A DNA stretch of 64,000 nucleotides from assembly GCA_963778985.1 (NCBI GenBank), contig CAVZWJ010000015.1:18787-82786 (forward strand), read 5' to 3'. Positions 8,684 through 18,408 of the stretch are shown here, piece after piece. Under the pieces are notes generated by a model. It ran no database searches. It was not told where the DNA came from and saw nothing but the letters and a program-made list of their open reading frames with translations. Made by a program: the position numbers and the translations under genes. This DNA is from an uncultured Solirubrobacterales bacterium. Lineage in GTDB: Bacteria; Actinomycetota; Thermoleophilia; Solirubrobacterales; Solirubrobacteraceae. The first letter of the stretch is position 1, and each line of letters begins with the position of its first letter.

Positions 8684-9538
8684 ATGGCCTACGAACAGAT
8701 CACGACGGACCTCACCGACCACGTCTTCACGATCACGCTCAATCGGCCGGACCGCCTGAACGCGTGGACGCAGACGATGTGCACCGAGCTGATCGACGCG
8801 TTCGACCGCGCCGACGCCGACGACGGGGTGCGTGCCGTGATCATGACCGGGGCCGGCCGGGCATACTGCGCCGGCGCCGACCTCGCTGCCGGCGGAGAGA
8901 CGTTCGACGCGCGCAGCCGCGCGTCCGTCGCCGGCCACAACCGTGACAACGGTGGCGTCTTCACCCTGCGGATCTTCGAATGCACGAAGCCGGTGATCGG
9001 CGCCATCAACGGCGCGGCCGTCGGCATCGGCGCCACGATGACGCTGCCCATGGACGTGCGGCTCGCCTCTGAGAACGCCCGCTACGGCTTCGTGTTTGCG
9101 CGGCGCGGGATCGTCCCTGAAGCGTGCTCGAGCTGGTTTCTCCCCCGCGTCGTGGGCATCAGCCGGGCAATGGAATGGGTCGCGACCGGGCGTGTGTTCA
9201 GCGCGCAGGAAGCGCTCGAGGGCGGACTCGTGCGCAGCATCCACCCCGCCGATGAGCTGCTCGACGCCGCCGGCGCCCTCGCCGCCGAGATCGCGGACAA
9301 CGCCGCGCCGGTATCGGTCGCCCTCGCCCGCCGCATCATGTGGCGGATGCTCGGCGCCGGGCACCCGATGCTGGCCCATCGCGCCGACTCCCGGGCGATG
9401 TACGCGCGCGGCCAGTCCGACGACGTGCGGGAGGGAATCAGCTCGTTCTTCGAGAAGCGCCCTGCGAACTTCACCGACCGGGTCAGCGACGGACTGCCGG
9501 ACATCATGCCGGGCTACGTGACGCCCGAATTCGAGTAA
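8684..9538 (+). CDS. Enoyl-CoA hydratase/crotonase family protein
   Basis: LNRPDRLNA, YCAGADL, AINGAAVGIG, GIVPE motifs. Confidence 0.9.
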   Translation: MAYEQITTDLTDHVFTITLNRPDRLNAWTQTMCTELIDAFDRADADDGVRAVIMTGAGRAYCAGADLAAGGETFDARSRASVAGHNRDNGGVFTLRIFECTKPVIGAINGAAVGIGATMTLPMDVRLASENARYGFVFARRGIVPEACSSWFLPRVVGISRAMEWVATGRVFSAQEALEGGLVRSIHPADELLDAAGALAAEIADNAAPVSVALARRIMWRMLGAGHPMLAHRADSRAMYARGQSDDVREGISSFFEKRPANFTDRVSDGLPDIMPGYVTPEFE

Positions 9539-9566
9539 CGCGGCGCTCGGGGTGATGTGCACCCGC

Positions 9567-11648
9567 TCAGGCGGCGGCGCTCTCCCGTTCCTCGCGCATC
9601 CACGCCTCGAACGCGTCGGCCGGCATCGGTCGGCCGAGATGGAAACCCTGCACCCGATCACAGCCAAGCTCGGCGAGGCGGCCGAGCGTCGGTTCGTCCT
9701 CGACCCCCTCGGCGATGATCGCGAGATGCAGGTCGTGGGCGAGGTTGATCGTTGAGCGCACGATGATGAAGTCGCTCGGATCGATGAGCATCGGCGACAC
9801 GAACGAACGATCGATCTTCAGCTCGTCGATCGGCAGGCGGCTCAGGTAGTCAAGCGACGAGTAGCCCGTCCCGAAGTCATCGACCGCCAGTTGGACACCG
9901 AGGTTGCTGAGCTCGGTGATCGTCAGCAGCGCCCGCTCCGGGTCGGACATGATCATGCTCTCGGTGATCTCGAGCTGAAGCGCCTCGGGTGGCAGCCGCT
10001 TCGCCCTCAGCAGACGCCCGACCTCCGCGGGCAGGTTTCGGTCAAGCAGATTGCGTACGGACAGGTTGACTGAGACACACAGATCCTCGCCCGCCTCCCG
10101 CCACGCCGCACACTGGGCGACCGCGTGCTCAAGCACGTAGCGCGTCAGCGCGGAGATCAGCCCGGTCTGCTCGACGACCAGGATGAACGCGTCAGGCGCG
10201 AGCAGACCGCGCTCCGGGTGCTGCCAGCGGACGAGAGCCTCGACGCCATGCACGCGTCGCTCGCCGATGTCAACGATCGGCTGGTAGTGGAGCACGATCT
10301 CCTCGGCGCTGATCGCCCGGCGAAATTCACCGAGCAGGCGCAGCCGCTCCAGGGAGTGGTTGTCGAGCACCGGCTCGTAGTGTCGGATTGCGCCGTGGGC
10401 CCGTTTCGCCTCGTACATGGCGATGTCGGCGCGGCGCAGCAGCGCGTGCGCGTCCTCGCCGTCGTCCGGGTACCGGGCGATGCCGATACTCGCGCCAATC
10501 TCGAGCGCGAGGTGATGCACGAGGAACGGCAGCTGCACGCACGCGAGCAGTCGCTCGGCGATCGCCTCGAGCACGCGCGGCGCGCCGGGCACGTGCCCCG
10601 GCAGCACCGCGAACTCGTCGCCGCCGAGCCGGGCGATGAGTCCGGCGGGATCGATGGCCTCGGCGAGCCGTGGACCGAGGTCCTGGAGCAGGACGTCGCC
10701 GTAGTCGTGCCCGAGCGTGTCGTTGATCTCCTTGAACCCGTCGAGGTCGATGAGCAGGATGCCAAACGATCCTCCGGTTGCGGCGCAGCGTTCGATCTCC
10801 TGCTCAACCCGCGATCGGAACTCCTCTCGGTTGGCGAGGCCGGTGAGATCGTCGGTCGTGGCGAGCCGCCGCAGTTCCTCGGCTCGCTGCTTGGAGGCGA
10901 GCAGCTCCCCGGCAAGGAACTGGAACACAACGAGCACGAGCGCGAACAGCGCGAGTCCGGTGACGCCGACCTCGACGGCGGCGAACACGGCGGTCACCGT
11001 GAGCAATGCGGAGAACAGCTCCGAGGAGATCAACGGCACGACGGCCTCACGCGCCTGCCGCCAGATCGACACGCCGGCCGTGTACCAGTTGTACGCGGCA
11101 ACCATCACGAAGTTCATCGCGAGCGCGAGCACGAACACGACGAACACGAGCAGGTAGTAACGGAGCTGGTCGGTGTCGATCTGTGCGGCTTGGGTCACCG
11201 CGTGGAAGAACAGACCGCCGAGCAGCGGGAACCACGCGTACACCGCGAGGTTGTTCAGGAAGTAGTGCCAGCGCTCGCGGGTGTGCAGCCACCCGACCGT
11301 GATCGAGAGCACCCCCATGAGCGCCGCCGGGGTGCCTCCAAGGAGCACCGCCGCCACCATCAGGCCAAGGAAGCCGCCGGAGACCTGAAGCGTCGCCGCC
11401 CCGGTCGATACCGACATCAGCTCGCTGATCATCGTCAGCGCGATGAGGAGTAACAGTGACGGGACATCCCAGCGCGCCTGATCCGCCGTCGCCGCTGCGA
11501 GGAGTCCGGCGGCAGCGAGCGCACACACGTGCGCCAGCAGCTCGCCCCGCCGTACGGCGTGCGGAATCGGTTCCGGCGCGGTGTCTGCAGTCCGTACGTC
11601 CACGATCCTCGCTGGTGCAGCCAATGATTGGCCGCTCACGTGCTGCAT
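9567..11648 (-). CDS. Membrane-bound GGDEF-EAL diguanylate cyclase/phosphodiesterase
   Basis: Multiple N-terminal TM helices; GGDEF, EAL and DDFGTGYSS motifs; start approximate. Confidence 0.9.
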   Translation of the reverse strand: MQHVSGQSLAAPARIVDVRTADTAPEPIPHAVRRGELLAHVCALAAAGLLAAATADQARWDVPSLLLLIALTMISELMSVSTGAATLQVSGGFLGLMVAAVLLGGTPAALMGVLSITVGWLHTRERWHYFLNNLAVYAWFPLLGGLFFHAVTQAAQIDTDQLRYYLLVFVVFVLALAMNFVMVAAYNWYTAGVSIWRQAREAVVPLISSELFSALLTVTAVFAAVEVGVTGLALFALVLVVFQFLAGELLASKQRAEELRRLATTDDLTGLANREEFRSRVEQEIERCAATGGSFGILLIDLDGFKEINDTLGHDYGDVLLQDLGPRLAEAIDPAGLIARLGGDEFAVLPGHVPGAPRVLEAIAERLLACVQLPFLVHHLALEIGASIGIARYPDDGEDAHALLRRADIAMYEAKRAHGAIRHYEPVLDNHSLERLRLLGEFRRAISAEEIVLHYQPIVDIGERRVHGVEALVRWQHPERGLLAPDAFILVVEQTGLISALTRYVLEHAVAQCAAWREAGEDLCVSVNLSVRNLLDRNLPAEVGRLLRAKRLPPEALQLEITESMIMSDPERALLTITELSNLGVQLAVDDFGTGYSSLDYLSRLPIDELKIDRSFVSPMLIDPSDFIIVRSTINLAHDLHLAIIAEGVEDEPTLGRLAELGCDRVQGFHLGRPMPADAFEAWMREERESAAA

Positions 11649-11730
11649 CGACCAGGTTCGGGGTGGATGACCCCGCACGGACTACGACTCCCGGTCCGTA
11701 GGAAACGCGGTGTGGCGTGGGAACGTGGCC

Positions 11731-11763
11731 TGCCGTGCCGTGCCGTGCCGCGCCGCGCCGCGC
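11731..11763. repeat. Pentamer microsatellite (TGCCG)4(CGCCG)2
   Basis: Seen directly upstream of the GGDEF-EAL gene. Confidence 0.8.
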
Positions 11764-12043
11764 GGCCCCGCATCCGCGCGGAGTCCGGAAACCATGCACA
11801 GCCGTTATGACCGCGATAACAGGCTTGCGTCTAGCGCGAGCTGGGCGTGTCAGTCACTGTGCCCTCACACCCAAATCCAGCTTCTGGAAGGAAAGGGTAA
11901 TGGGGTATAAAAGCGGTCGATAGTGGAAGGCCGAGGGGCTCGTATCGGGGCCCCTCAGTCGTTCTATGAGTGCTGTTCTTCGAATCGGCCTCCGAGCGCC
12001 CGAGCTTGACCCACCTCAACGGATGTTCGGCCCCCAGGACCGG

Positions 12044-13675
12044 TCAGCCGACGGCTTGGACGACGAGCATCGCGATGTCGTCCCGAGGCTGCGCGCTTCC
12101 CGTGACCGCCCCCTCCATCCACGCCGCCAGCTCGGATGGACCCCGACCACGCGCCGAGGCGAGCAGCTCGCTCAGCTCGGCGTCCGCGATGATCGCCTGC
12201 GGCGCCTGAGCGTCAGTGAGGCCGTCCGTGTAGAAGAGGATCGTGTCTCCCCGCGCAAGCACGACTGTCGCGGGAACGTAGCGCACGTCCGGCGTGACGC
12301 CGATCAGCGGTCCGGTCGCCTCGACGCGCTCGACGCGACCGTCGGCTCGGAGGACCAATGGCGCCGGATGCCCCCCGATCGCAACCTCGAGCACGAGACC
12401 GTCGTTATCCGGGCGGATCGTGGCGAACACCCCGGTGAGATAGCGGCCTGGGCCATCGGAGTGATCGCGGATGATCGCCTCGTTGAGCAGCCGCAGGACG
12501 GTCGTCGGCTCCCGGTCGGAGAGCGCGCGGATCGTGTAGCGCGCCAGAGCCGTGAGCGCTGCCGCCTCCGGCCCCTTGCCGCAGACATCGCCGATCGCCA
12601 CTCCCCAGCACCCGCCCGAGATCGGGAACGCGTCGTAGAAGTCGCCGCCGACCTCCTGGCCCTCGGCCGCGGCGAGAAATCGCGCGCTCAGCTGCGCGCC
12701 CGGAATGTCCGGCAGCCGCCGCGGCAGCAGGCTTTGTTGAAGCGTGCGGGCGATGTGGGTGGTGGCGGCGAACAACCGTGCGTTGTCGATCGCCAGTGCC
12801 GCCCGTCGCGCCAGCTCCTCCGAGAGCACGAGGTCGTCGTGATCGAATGACGCCGCTCCCTCCATGCGCAGCAGCGACAGCGTCCCGAGCACGCGGCGGC
12901 GCGCAATCAGCGGCACGACGATGGCGGAGTGGTACTGCAGCCGCCGCATCAACGCGTAATGCTCGCTGCCCTGGGCGATCTGCCGGAGGAACTCAGGGGT
13001 CATCACCCCCAGGAGGACCGGCTGGGCGGTGCGCAGGACCCCTGCGACCGGATGGGGCGCCCCCCGACCAAGCGGATGGCTCCGTCGCATCGACTCGACC
13101 GCGCGGGCGCGTCGCGGCTCGACCGCCGCCGCCACGGCGCTGCGGACAAATCCATCGTCGTCGAGGAGATCGACGACCGTGAGCTGGGCGAGTTCCGGGA
13201 CCGTCAACTCGGTCAGGTCGCGAAGCGTCTCGTCATAGTCGAGCGAGCGATCGAGGACGAGCCCGGCTTGAGCGAGAAACGCCATGCGCTGTTGCAGCCG
13301 CGCCCCCTCGCGCGGGCTCGCGCCGCGGTCGCTGAGATCACGCACAAACCCGATGAACGCCGGCGGTTCGGTGCCGGCGAGCTCACGAACCGTCAATTCG
13401 GCCGGGAATTCGCTGCCGTCGCGGCGGAGCGCGGACAGTTCGACCTGGCGCCCGATAATCGCCGTCTCCCCCGTGGCCACGTATCGGTTCAGCCCGTTGC
13501 GGTGGGCATCACGGAGCGGACCGGGCACGACGACCTCGGCGACTTCGCGGCCGAGCACCTCCGCGCGCGTCCGGTCGAACATCGACTCGGCGGCGGGATT
13601 CCAGTCGAGGATCCGGCCGGTGGCGCCGATCACGATGACGGCGTCCGGCGCCGCTTTGAACGCCGCCGCATGCAT
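12044..13675 (-). CDS. PAS-GAF-SpoIIE (PP2C) protein phosphatase
   Basis: PAS (WNPAAESMF), GAF, VGGDFYD, GDVCGKG, YTDGL, DDIA motifs; the start may be further upstream. Confidence 0.9.
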   Translation of the reverse strand: MHAAAFKAAPDAVIVIGATGRILDWNPAAESMFDRTRAEVLGREVAEVVVPGPLRDAHRNGLNRYVATGETAIIGRQVELSALRRDGSEFPAELTVRELAGTEPPAFIGFVRDLSDRGASPREGARLQQRMAFLAQAGLVLDRSLDYDETLRDLTELTVPELAQLTVVDLLDDDGFVRSAVAAAVEPRRARAVESMRRSHPLGRGAPHPVAGVLRTAQPVLLGVMTPEFLRQIAQGSEHYALMRRLQYHSAIVVPLIARRRVLGTLSLLRMEGAASFDHDDLVLSEELARRAALAIDNARLFAATTHIARTLQQSLLPRRLPDIPGAQLSARFLAAAEGQEVGGDFYDAFPISGGCWGVAIGDVCGKGPEAAALTALARYTIRALSDREPTTVLRLLNEAIIRDHSDGPGRYLTGVFATIRPDNDGLVLEVAIGGHPAPLVLRADGRVERVEATGPLIGVTPDVRYVPATVVLARGDTILFYTDGLTDAQAPQAIIADAELSELLASARGRGPSELAAWMEGAVTGSAQPRDDIAMLVVQAVG

Positions 13676-13779
13676 CGCCAGGTCTGGCGCGGAGCCGCTG
13701 GCGCCCGCCGATCGTCCCCGTCGCGATCCTCGGTCTCGGTTCAGACCGACAATAGAATCAGTGCGACTGGGCCCGAGCA

Positions 13780-14100
13780 ATGGAAGGCACCCTGCATATC
13801 GACGTCGCGGAGCGTGACGAGATGACCGTCCTGAGCGTTCTCGGCGAGGTCGATCTCGCCACCGCGCCGATCCTGGACGAGCGAATCTCCGCCGTGGCGG
13901 CAGGTGGCGCGGCCACGATCGTTGTCGATCTCGACCGCGTCACCTTCATGGATTCCAGCGGTTTGCAGGTACTTCTCGCGCACATCTTCTCGTCGCGGAA
14001 TGGGAGCCGGATCCGCGTGACACGCGGGTCGCCACAGGTCGCTCGCCTGTTCACGGTCAGCGGCATGCTGGAGCAGCTGCCGTTTGTCATGCAGGACTGA
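13780..14100 (+). CDS. STAS-domain anti-sigma factor antagonist
   Basis: GEVDLATAP and VTFMDSSGL motifs. Confidence 0.9.
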   Translation: MEGTLHIDVAERDEMTVLSVLGEVDLATAPILDERISAVAAGGAATIVVDLDRVTFMDSSGLQVLLAHIFSSRNGSRIRVTRGSPQVARLFTVSGMLEQLPFVMQD

Positions 14101-14140
14101 TGCGCGTCAACATCGCCCAGCCGGGTAGCCCAAGCGTGTA

Positions 14141-14608
14141 TTGCCTGCGCGCGCCAAACTTCTCGACCTCCGTCTCCCCCATGACCCCTCCGCTCCGCGG
14201 CAGGCGCGTCAGGCGCTGGAGCGCCTGAAGGAGCTCGCGCCGTGCCTCGACGATGTGCTGCTCGTCGCGAGCGAGCTGACAACAAACGCCGTCCAGCACT
14301 GCGGAGCGCACCCCGGATCTGCGATCGAGCTGCGCGCCCAGCTGTCCAGCGACGCGGTCCTGATCGAGGTGATCGACGAGGGGCGCTCCCAGTCCACGCC
14401 CCGAATGCGCCCCGTCGACGCGTCGCTCCCAGGGGGATTCGGCCTGCCGGTCGTGGCCGCGCTCGCCCGTAGCTGGGGCAGCGAGCGCCGGGACGGGATG
14501 CGGGTGTGGGCCGAAGTGCGCGCTGTGAGCAACGTCGCGCGGGCGATACGATCGTCGAAGTGCCTGACCGGTTGTATTTCACCGAGTCCGACGAAGCGAA
14601 CGCGCTGA
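14141..14608 (+). CDS. RsbW-like ATP-binding protein (HATPase_c_2)
   Basis: SELTTNAVQH, EVIDEG, GGFGLPVV, WG, VWAE motifs. Confidence 0.85.
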   Translation: MPARAKLLDLRLPHDPSAPRQARQALERLKELAPCLDDVLLVASELTTNAVQHCGAHPGSAIELRAQLSSDAVLIEVIDEGRSQSTPRMRPVDASLPGGFGLPVVAALARSWGSERRDGMRVWAEVRAVSNVARAIRSSKCLTGCISPSPTKRTR

Positions 14609-15114
14609 TCGCGACCGACCCGATGGCGCTGCTCATCGGCTTCGCCCTCGACCAGCAGGTGTCGGTGCAGAAGGCGTTCGCCGGTCCGCTCGTCCTGCGC
14701 GAGCGACTCGGCACGCTCGAAGCCGGCGCGATCGCGTCGGCCGACCTCGAGCCGCGGTTCCGTGAGCGGCCCGCCATCCATCGCTTCCCCGGCGCGATGG
14801 CAACGCGCGTGCACGATCTCGCCGTCCACATCCGCGATCACTACGACGGTGACGCGGGGCGGGTATGGCGTGACGCGCCGGACACGGCCGCGCTCCGGGC
14901 GAACCTCGCCGCGCTACCCGGGTTCGGCGAGATGAAGATCAAGGCGCTCGGATCGGTGCTCGCCAAGCGGTTCGGCATCGCCGCCGCGGAGGGACTCGTC
15001 CCATGGCACCCGACGCTCGGTGACGTCGACTCCCCGCAGGCGCTTGCCGACTACCAGGCGGCGAAGCGCGCCCACAAGGCCGAGTGGCAGAAGGCCCGCG
15101 CCGGCGCGGCGTGA
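14560..15114 (+). CDS. HhH-GPD-type base excision DNA repair protein
   Basis: LLIGFALDQQV, AFAGP, HRFPGAMA, LPGFGEMK motifs. Confidence 0.85.
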   Translation: MPDRLYFTESDEANALIATDPMALLIGFALDQQVSVQKAFAGPLVLRERLGTLEAGAIASADLEPRFRERPAIHRFPGAMATRVHDLAVHIRDHYDGDAGRVWRDAPDTAALRANLAALPGFGEMKIKALGSVLAKRFGIAAAEGLVPWHPTLGDVDSPQALADYQAAKRAHKAEWQKARAGAA

Positions 15115-15788
15115 GCACCGGTCCCGACGCGGCGGTCGCCGCGACCGTGCTCTCGATCGAGACGCCCTCGGGTGTGGCGCGGGCGCACGTGTATGGCAGC
15201 GGCAGCGCCGGCAGGTCGGGCAGCGCCGGCCCGTCGACGGCCCTCGTTCTCGGCCACGGGGCCGGCGGCGGCGTCGCCGCGCGAGATCTCGTCGCGGTGC
15301 GTGACGTCGCCCTCGGCGAAGGTATCGACGTCGCGCTCATCGAACAGCCCTACCGCGTCGCCGGCCGGCGCTCCCCCGCGCCGGCGCGGCAGCTTGACAC
15401 CGCCTGGTGCGCCGTCGTCGAACGGCTGCGGATGGAGCGGTTCCGGGGCGCCGCGGTCATCTGCGGCGGGCGCTCGTCCGGCGCGCGCGTCGCCTGCCGG
15501 ACGGCCGCCGACACCGGCGCGATCGCCGTCCTGTGCCTGGCCTTCCCGCTCCGCCCCCCGGGGCGCACGGCGTCCGGTGAGCCGCGCCCCGATCGGTTGT
15601 CCGAGCTTGACGAGGTGCGTGCGCCCGTCCTCGTCGTGCAAGGGGAGTCAGATCCGTTCGGCATGCCTCCGGCCCGCCGCGGCCGCCGCCGGGTCGTCGT
15701 CGTGCCCGGCGATCACAGCCTGCGCGCCGTGGCAGCCATCGGCACCGCGGTCCGACCGTGGCTGCGCCGAATGCGCGATCGCACCTGA
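15111..15788 (+). CDS. Alpha/beta hydrolase (KANL3/Tex30-like)
   Basis: LGHGAGG, GGRSSGAR nucleophile elbow, QGESDPFG, GDH. Confidence 0.85.
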   Translation: MSTGPDAAVAATVLSIETPSGVARAHVYGSGSAGRSGSAGPSTALVLGHGAGGGVAARDLVAVRDVALGEGIDVALIEQPYRVAGRRSPAPARQLDTAWCAVVERLRMERFRGAAVICGGRSSGARVACRTAADTGAIAVLCLAFPLRPPGRTASGEPRPDRLSELDEVRAPVLVVQGESDPFGMPPARRGRRRVVVVPGDHSLRAVAAIGTAVRPWLRRMRDRT

Positions 15789-15843
15789 CCGCGGGAGAGG
15801 AGCGAGCGCGCCGCGGAGCGGAAGAGCGCGAGAGCGCGGGAAG

Positions 15844-15914
15844 AGCGGGCGACGGGAATCGAACCCGCCCTAGAAGCTTGGAAGGCTTCTGTGCAACCAC
15901 AACACTTCGCCCGC
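15844..15914 (-). tRNA. tRNA-Gly(TCC)
   Basis: Cloverleaf GCGGGCG...GAAGC-CTTCCAA-GCTTC...GGTTCGATTCCC...CGCCCGC-T. Confidence 0.9.
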
Positions 15915-15963
15915 GGGTCTCGTCGGCATGGTAGCCGCCGCCCGGGGCGGCTGGCGCTCCGTG

Positions 15964-16797
15964 CTACCGGGCGGCCGGCCGCGCTTCCGTCGGGACCTCG
16001 CCGTCCTCGGCGAGGCCCTCGGGCGGCCACTTGCCGGTCCAATTGTCGAGTCCGCCGTCGAGCGTGAGCACTGACCCGGAGAACGCAGGACCAACCTCCG
16101 AGGCGAGCAGCGCGACGAGCCAGCCGTACTCCGCCACGTCCCCGAGTCGCTGGAGAGGCACCGTCGCCGCCGCGCTGCGCCACATTTCCGCCGGGTACTT
16201 GCGCAGCGACTCGGTGGCGAAGCGGCCGATCGCGATCGCCACCACCGCGACGCCGTCCCGGCGCCAGCGGTCGGCGAGTTCCCGCGTCAGCGACTCGACC
16301 GCCGCCCGCGCCGCCCCGGTGTGGGCCATCGCGGGCATCCCGTGATGGGGCGACACCGTGACGTTGACGATCGTGCCCTGCCCCGCGTCGCGCATGGCGT
16401 GCTCGTACGCGGCGTTGCACATGGCCAGCGTCCCGCCGACGTTGAGTCGCTGCACCGCCCGCCACCCCTTCGTCGTGATCCCCTCGGCGGGGACGAAATA
16501 CTGGCCCCCGGCGTTGTTGAGCACGAAGTCGAGGCGGCCGTGACGCTCACGGGTCGTCGTCACGATCTGTGCCGCCTGGTCAGGTTCGCGGATGTCGCCG
16601 GTGACCGTGTCGCACCGCGACCCGATCGTCGCTGCCGCCTCGGCCAGAACCTCGGGCCGCCGGCCCGCGATCACCACCTGCGCGCCACAGCGGGCGAGCT
16701 CCTCGGCCGCCGCCTTGCCGAGGTTCGTCCCACCGCCCGTGACGATCGCGACGCGGCCGGCCAACGCATCGTCGGTGAACACCCTCGAGCGTGTCAC
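15964..16797 (-). CDS. SDR oxidoreductase (enoyl/dienoyl-CoA reductase-like)
   Basis: TGGGTNLG, NNAGGQY, HTGAARAAV motifs. Confidence 0.85.
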   Translation of the reverse strand: MTRSRVFTDDALAGRVAIVTGGGTNLGKAAAEELARCGAQVVIAGRRPEVLAEAAATIGSRCDTVTGDIREPDQAAQIVTTTRERHGRLDFVLNNAGGQYFVPAEGITTKGWRAVQRLNVGGTLAMCNAAYEHAMRDAGQGTIVNVTVSPHHGMPAMAHTGAARAAVESLTRELADRWRRDGVAVVAIAIGRFATESLRKYPAEMWRSAAATVPLQRLGDVAEYGWLVALLASEVGPAFSGSVLTLDGGLDNWTGKWPPEGLAEDGEVPTEARPAAR

Positions 16798-16799
16798 GG

Positions 16800-17261
16800 C
16801 TAGTCCCCGATCACCTTGATCACGAGGCGCTTACGCCGCCCGCCGTCGAACTCGCAATAGAAGATCGCCTGCCACGGCCCGAGGTCGAGCTGTCCCTCGG
16901 TCACCGGCACGATCACCTGGTGGTGGACGAGCAGGTTCTTGAAGTGGGCATCGCCGTTGTCCTCACCGCCACGGTGATGCCGGTAGTCGCCGGGATCGGG
17001 GAGCAGCTCCTTGGCGACCTCGTTCGCGGGCGGCTGCCAGCTCGGCGGTGCGAGCTTGTCGAGCCACTCAAGCGCGTCAGCCTGAATCCCCGGCTCGTCA
17101 TCGTTGATCCACACCCCGGCGGTGATGTGCATCGCGGAGACGAGCGCCATCCCCTCACTGATTCCCGAGTCCCGAACGGCATCCGCAACGTCGTCCGTGA
17201 TCCGCACGAACTCCCGGCGGTTCGCGGTCTGGAAGGTGTGGTAGACGGTGTGCGACTTCAT
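16800..17261 (-). CDS. yjbQ: YjbQ family secondary thiamine-phosphate synthase
   Basis: [31 protein letters not shown] motifs. Confidence 0.85.
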   Translation of the reverse strand: MKSHTVYHTFQTANRREFVRITDDVADAVRDSGISEGMALVSAMHITAGVWINDDEPGIQADALEWLDKLAPPSWQPPANEVAKELLPDPGDYRHHRGGEDNGDAHFKNLLVHHQVIVPVTEGQLDLGPWQAIFYCEFDGGRRKRLVIKVIGD

Positions 17262-17273
17262 CGCGACGCGGAG

Positions 17274-17346
17274 CAGGGGAGCCGGGATTCGAACCCGGGT
17301 TCACGGTTTTGGAGACCGCGCGCGTGGACCACTAGCTTACTCCCCT
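17274..17346 (-). tRNA. tRNA-Trp(CCA)
   Basis: AGGGGAG acceptor stem, GCGGT-CTCCAAA-ACCGT anticodon arm, GGTTCGAATCC T-arm, G discriminator. Confidence 0.85.
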
Positions 17347-17475
17347 GGGTGAGTGCCGATGGTACCTCGCTGGGAGGATTTGCCGCCCTCCAGCCGTCGC
17401 CGGCTGACGGTGTCCGAACGGAACGGCGTGGCCATCCTCGGCGCCTTCGTCGGGTCGACGACGTCACACGAAGAA

Positions 17476-17558
17476 TGCGGGCGAAGGGACTCGAACCCCC
17501 ACGGGCTATGCCCACCGGCACCTAAAGCCGGCGCGTCTACCAATTCCGCCACGCCCGC
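17476..17558 (-). tRNA. tRNA-Leu(TAG)
   Basis: GCGGGCGTGGCGGAATTGGTAGACGCG, anticodon loop TTTAGGT, long variable arm. Confidence 0.95.
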
Positions 17559-17624
17559 CGGGGTGGGGCACTGGATGCGAACGACCGTCGCAAACAGCGT
17601 GGCCAGATTGTATGGTCCGCAGCC

Positions 17625-18188
17625 GTGCCCCCTGTGCGCAACCTCCGGCCGGGCTACACGATCGACTTTCCCAACCGGGACAAGGCGGCGAGCAAGGCCA
17701 CGAAGGCGATCGTCGTCCTGCTCCTGCTCGTCTCCGTCGGGCTCATGCTGATCGTGACGCTCGGGGGCTGGAGCAAGCTGCAGGGCCTAAAGGCGGTCAA
17801 CCTCGTGTGGGCGGCCGTGTACGTGATCATGGCGTTCTACATCGCCCGCTGGAACCGGGGCCTGCTCCCGATCTCGGCGGCCCTGGCGATCCTGCTGCTG
17901 ATCCTCACGCTGATCGCCGGGACCGGGATCTCCGGCACGAGCTGGTTCGATCGCAGCCATGCCGGCTTCGCGCCCGCCGATTCGATCTTCGGCGGTACCG
18001 GACTCAGTCCCGACACGCTCGGGCTCGTCACGATCCTCATCGCGCCCGTTCAGGCGTTACTCATCTTCTTCGCCATGCGCGGGTTCGCCCAGGGCTGGAA
18101 CGTCGAGGTTGAGGTGCCCGAGGACCAGGTCAAACGCAAGAACCGCTCCTCCGGCGGCGAGTCCTCACCCGAGCCGGCTGCGGCGTAG
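17625..18188 (+). CDS. Four-TM membrane hypothetical protein
   Basis: ORF with strong GC3 bias and four hydrophobic segments. Confidence 0.75.
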   Translation: MPPVRNLRPGYTIDFPNRDKAASKATKAIVVLLLLVSVGLMLIVTLGGWSKLQGLKAVNLVWAAVYVIMAFYIARWNRGLLPISAALAILLLILTLIAGTGISGTSWFDRSHAGFAPADSIFGGTGLSPDTLGLVTILIAPVQALLIFFAMRGFAQGWNVEVEVPEDQVKRKNRSSGGESSPEPAAA

Positions 18189-18408
18189 CGCCGCGGGATT
18201 GGCTTTTCCGTACCACCCCCGGCCACGCAAACGCCAGGCCCCGCACGGAGCGGTTATGCTTCAAATTATGGAGTAGTTCGCTGATCGTTGGGGGTGGCTT
18301 CTCAGTGGGGTTTGACGTATCGGCCGGGCTCGCGTGTGACGCGATGCCGGCTGTCGGCGCTCGATCCGGCAGCGCCCAGCGCGTCGCGACCGATCCCGGC
18401 TGCGCGCG

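Noticed and set aside
11650..12040. c-di-GMP or other riboswitch upstream of the GGDEF-EAL gene
   Set aside because: Small hairpins are present, but I could not see the consensus of any riboswitch class I know.
15790..15843. Purine-rich degenerate repeat downstream of tRNA-Gly
   Set aside because: Low-complexity spacer with no clear period or structure.
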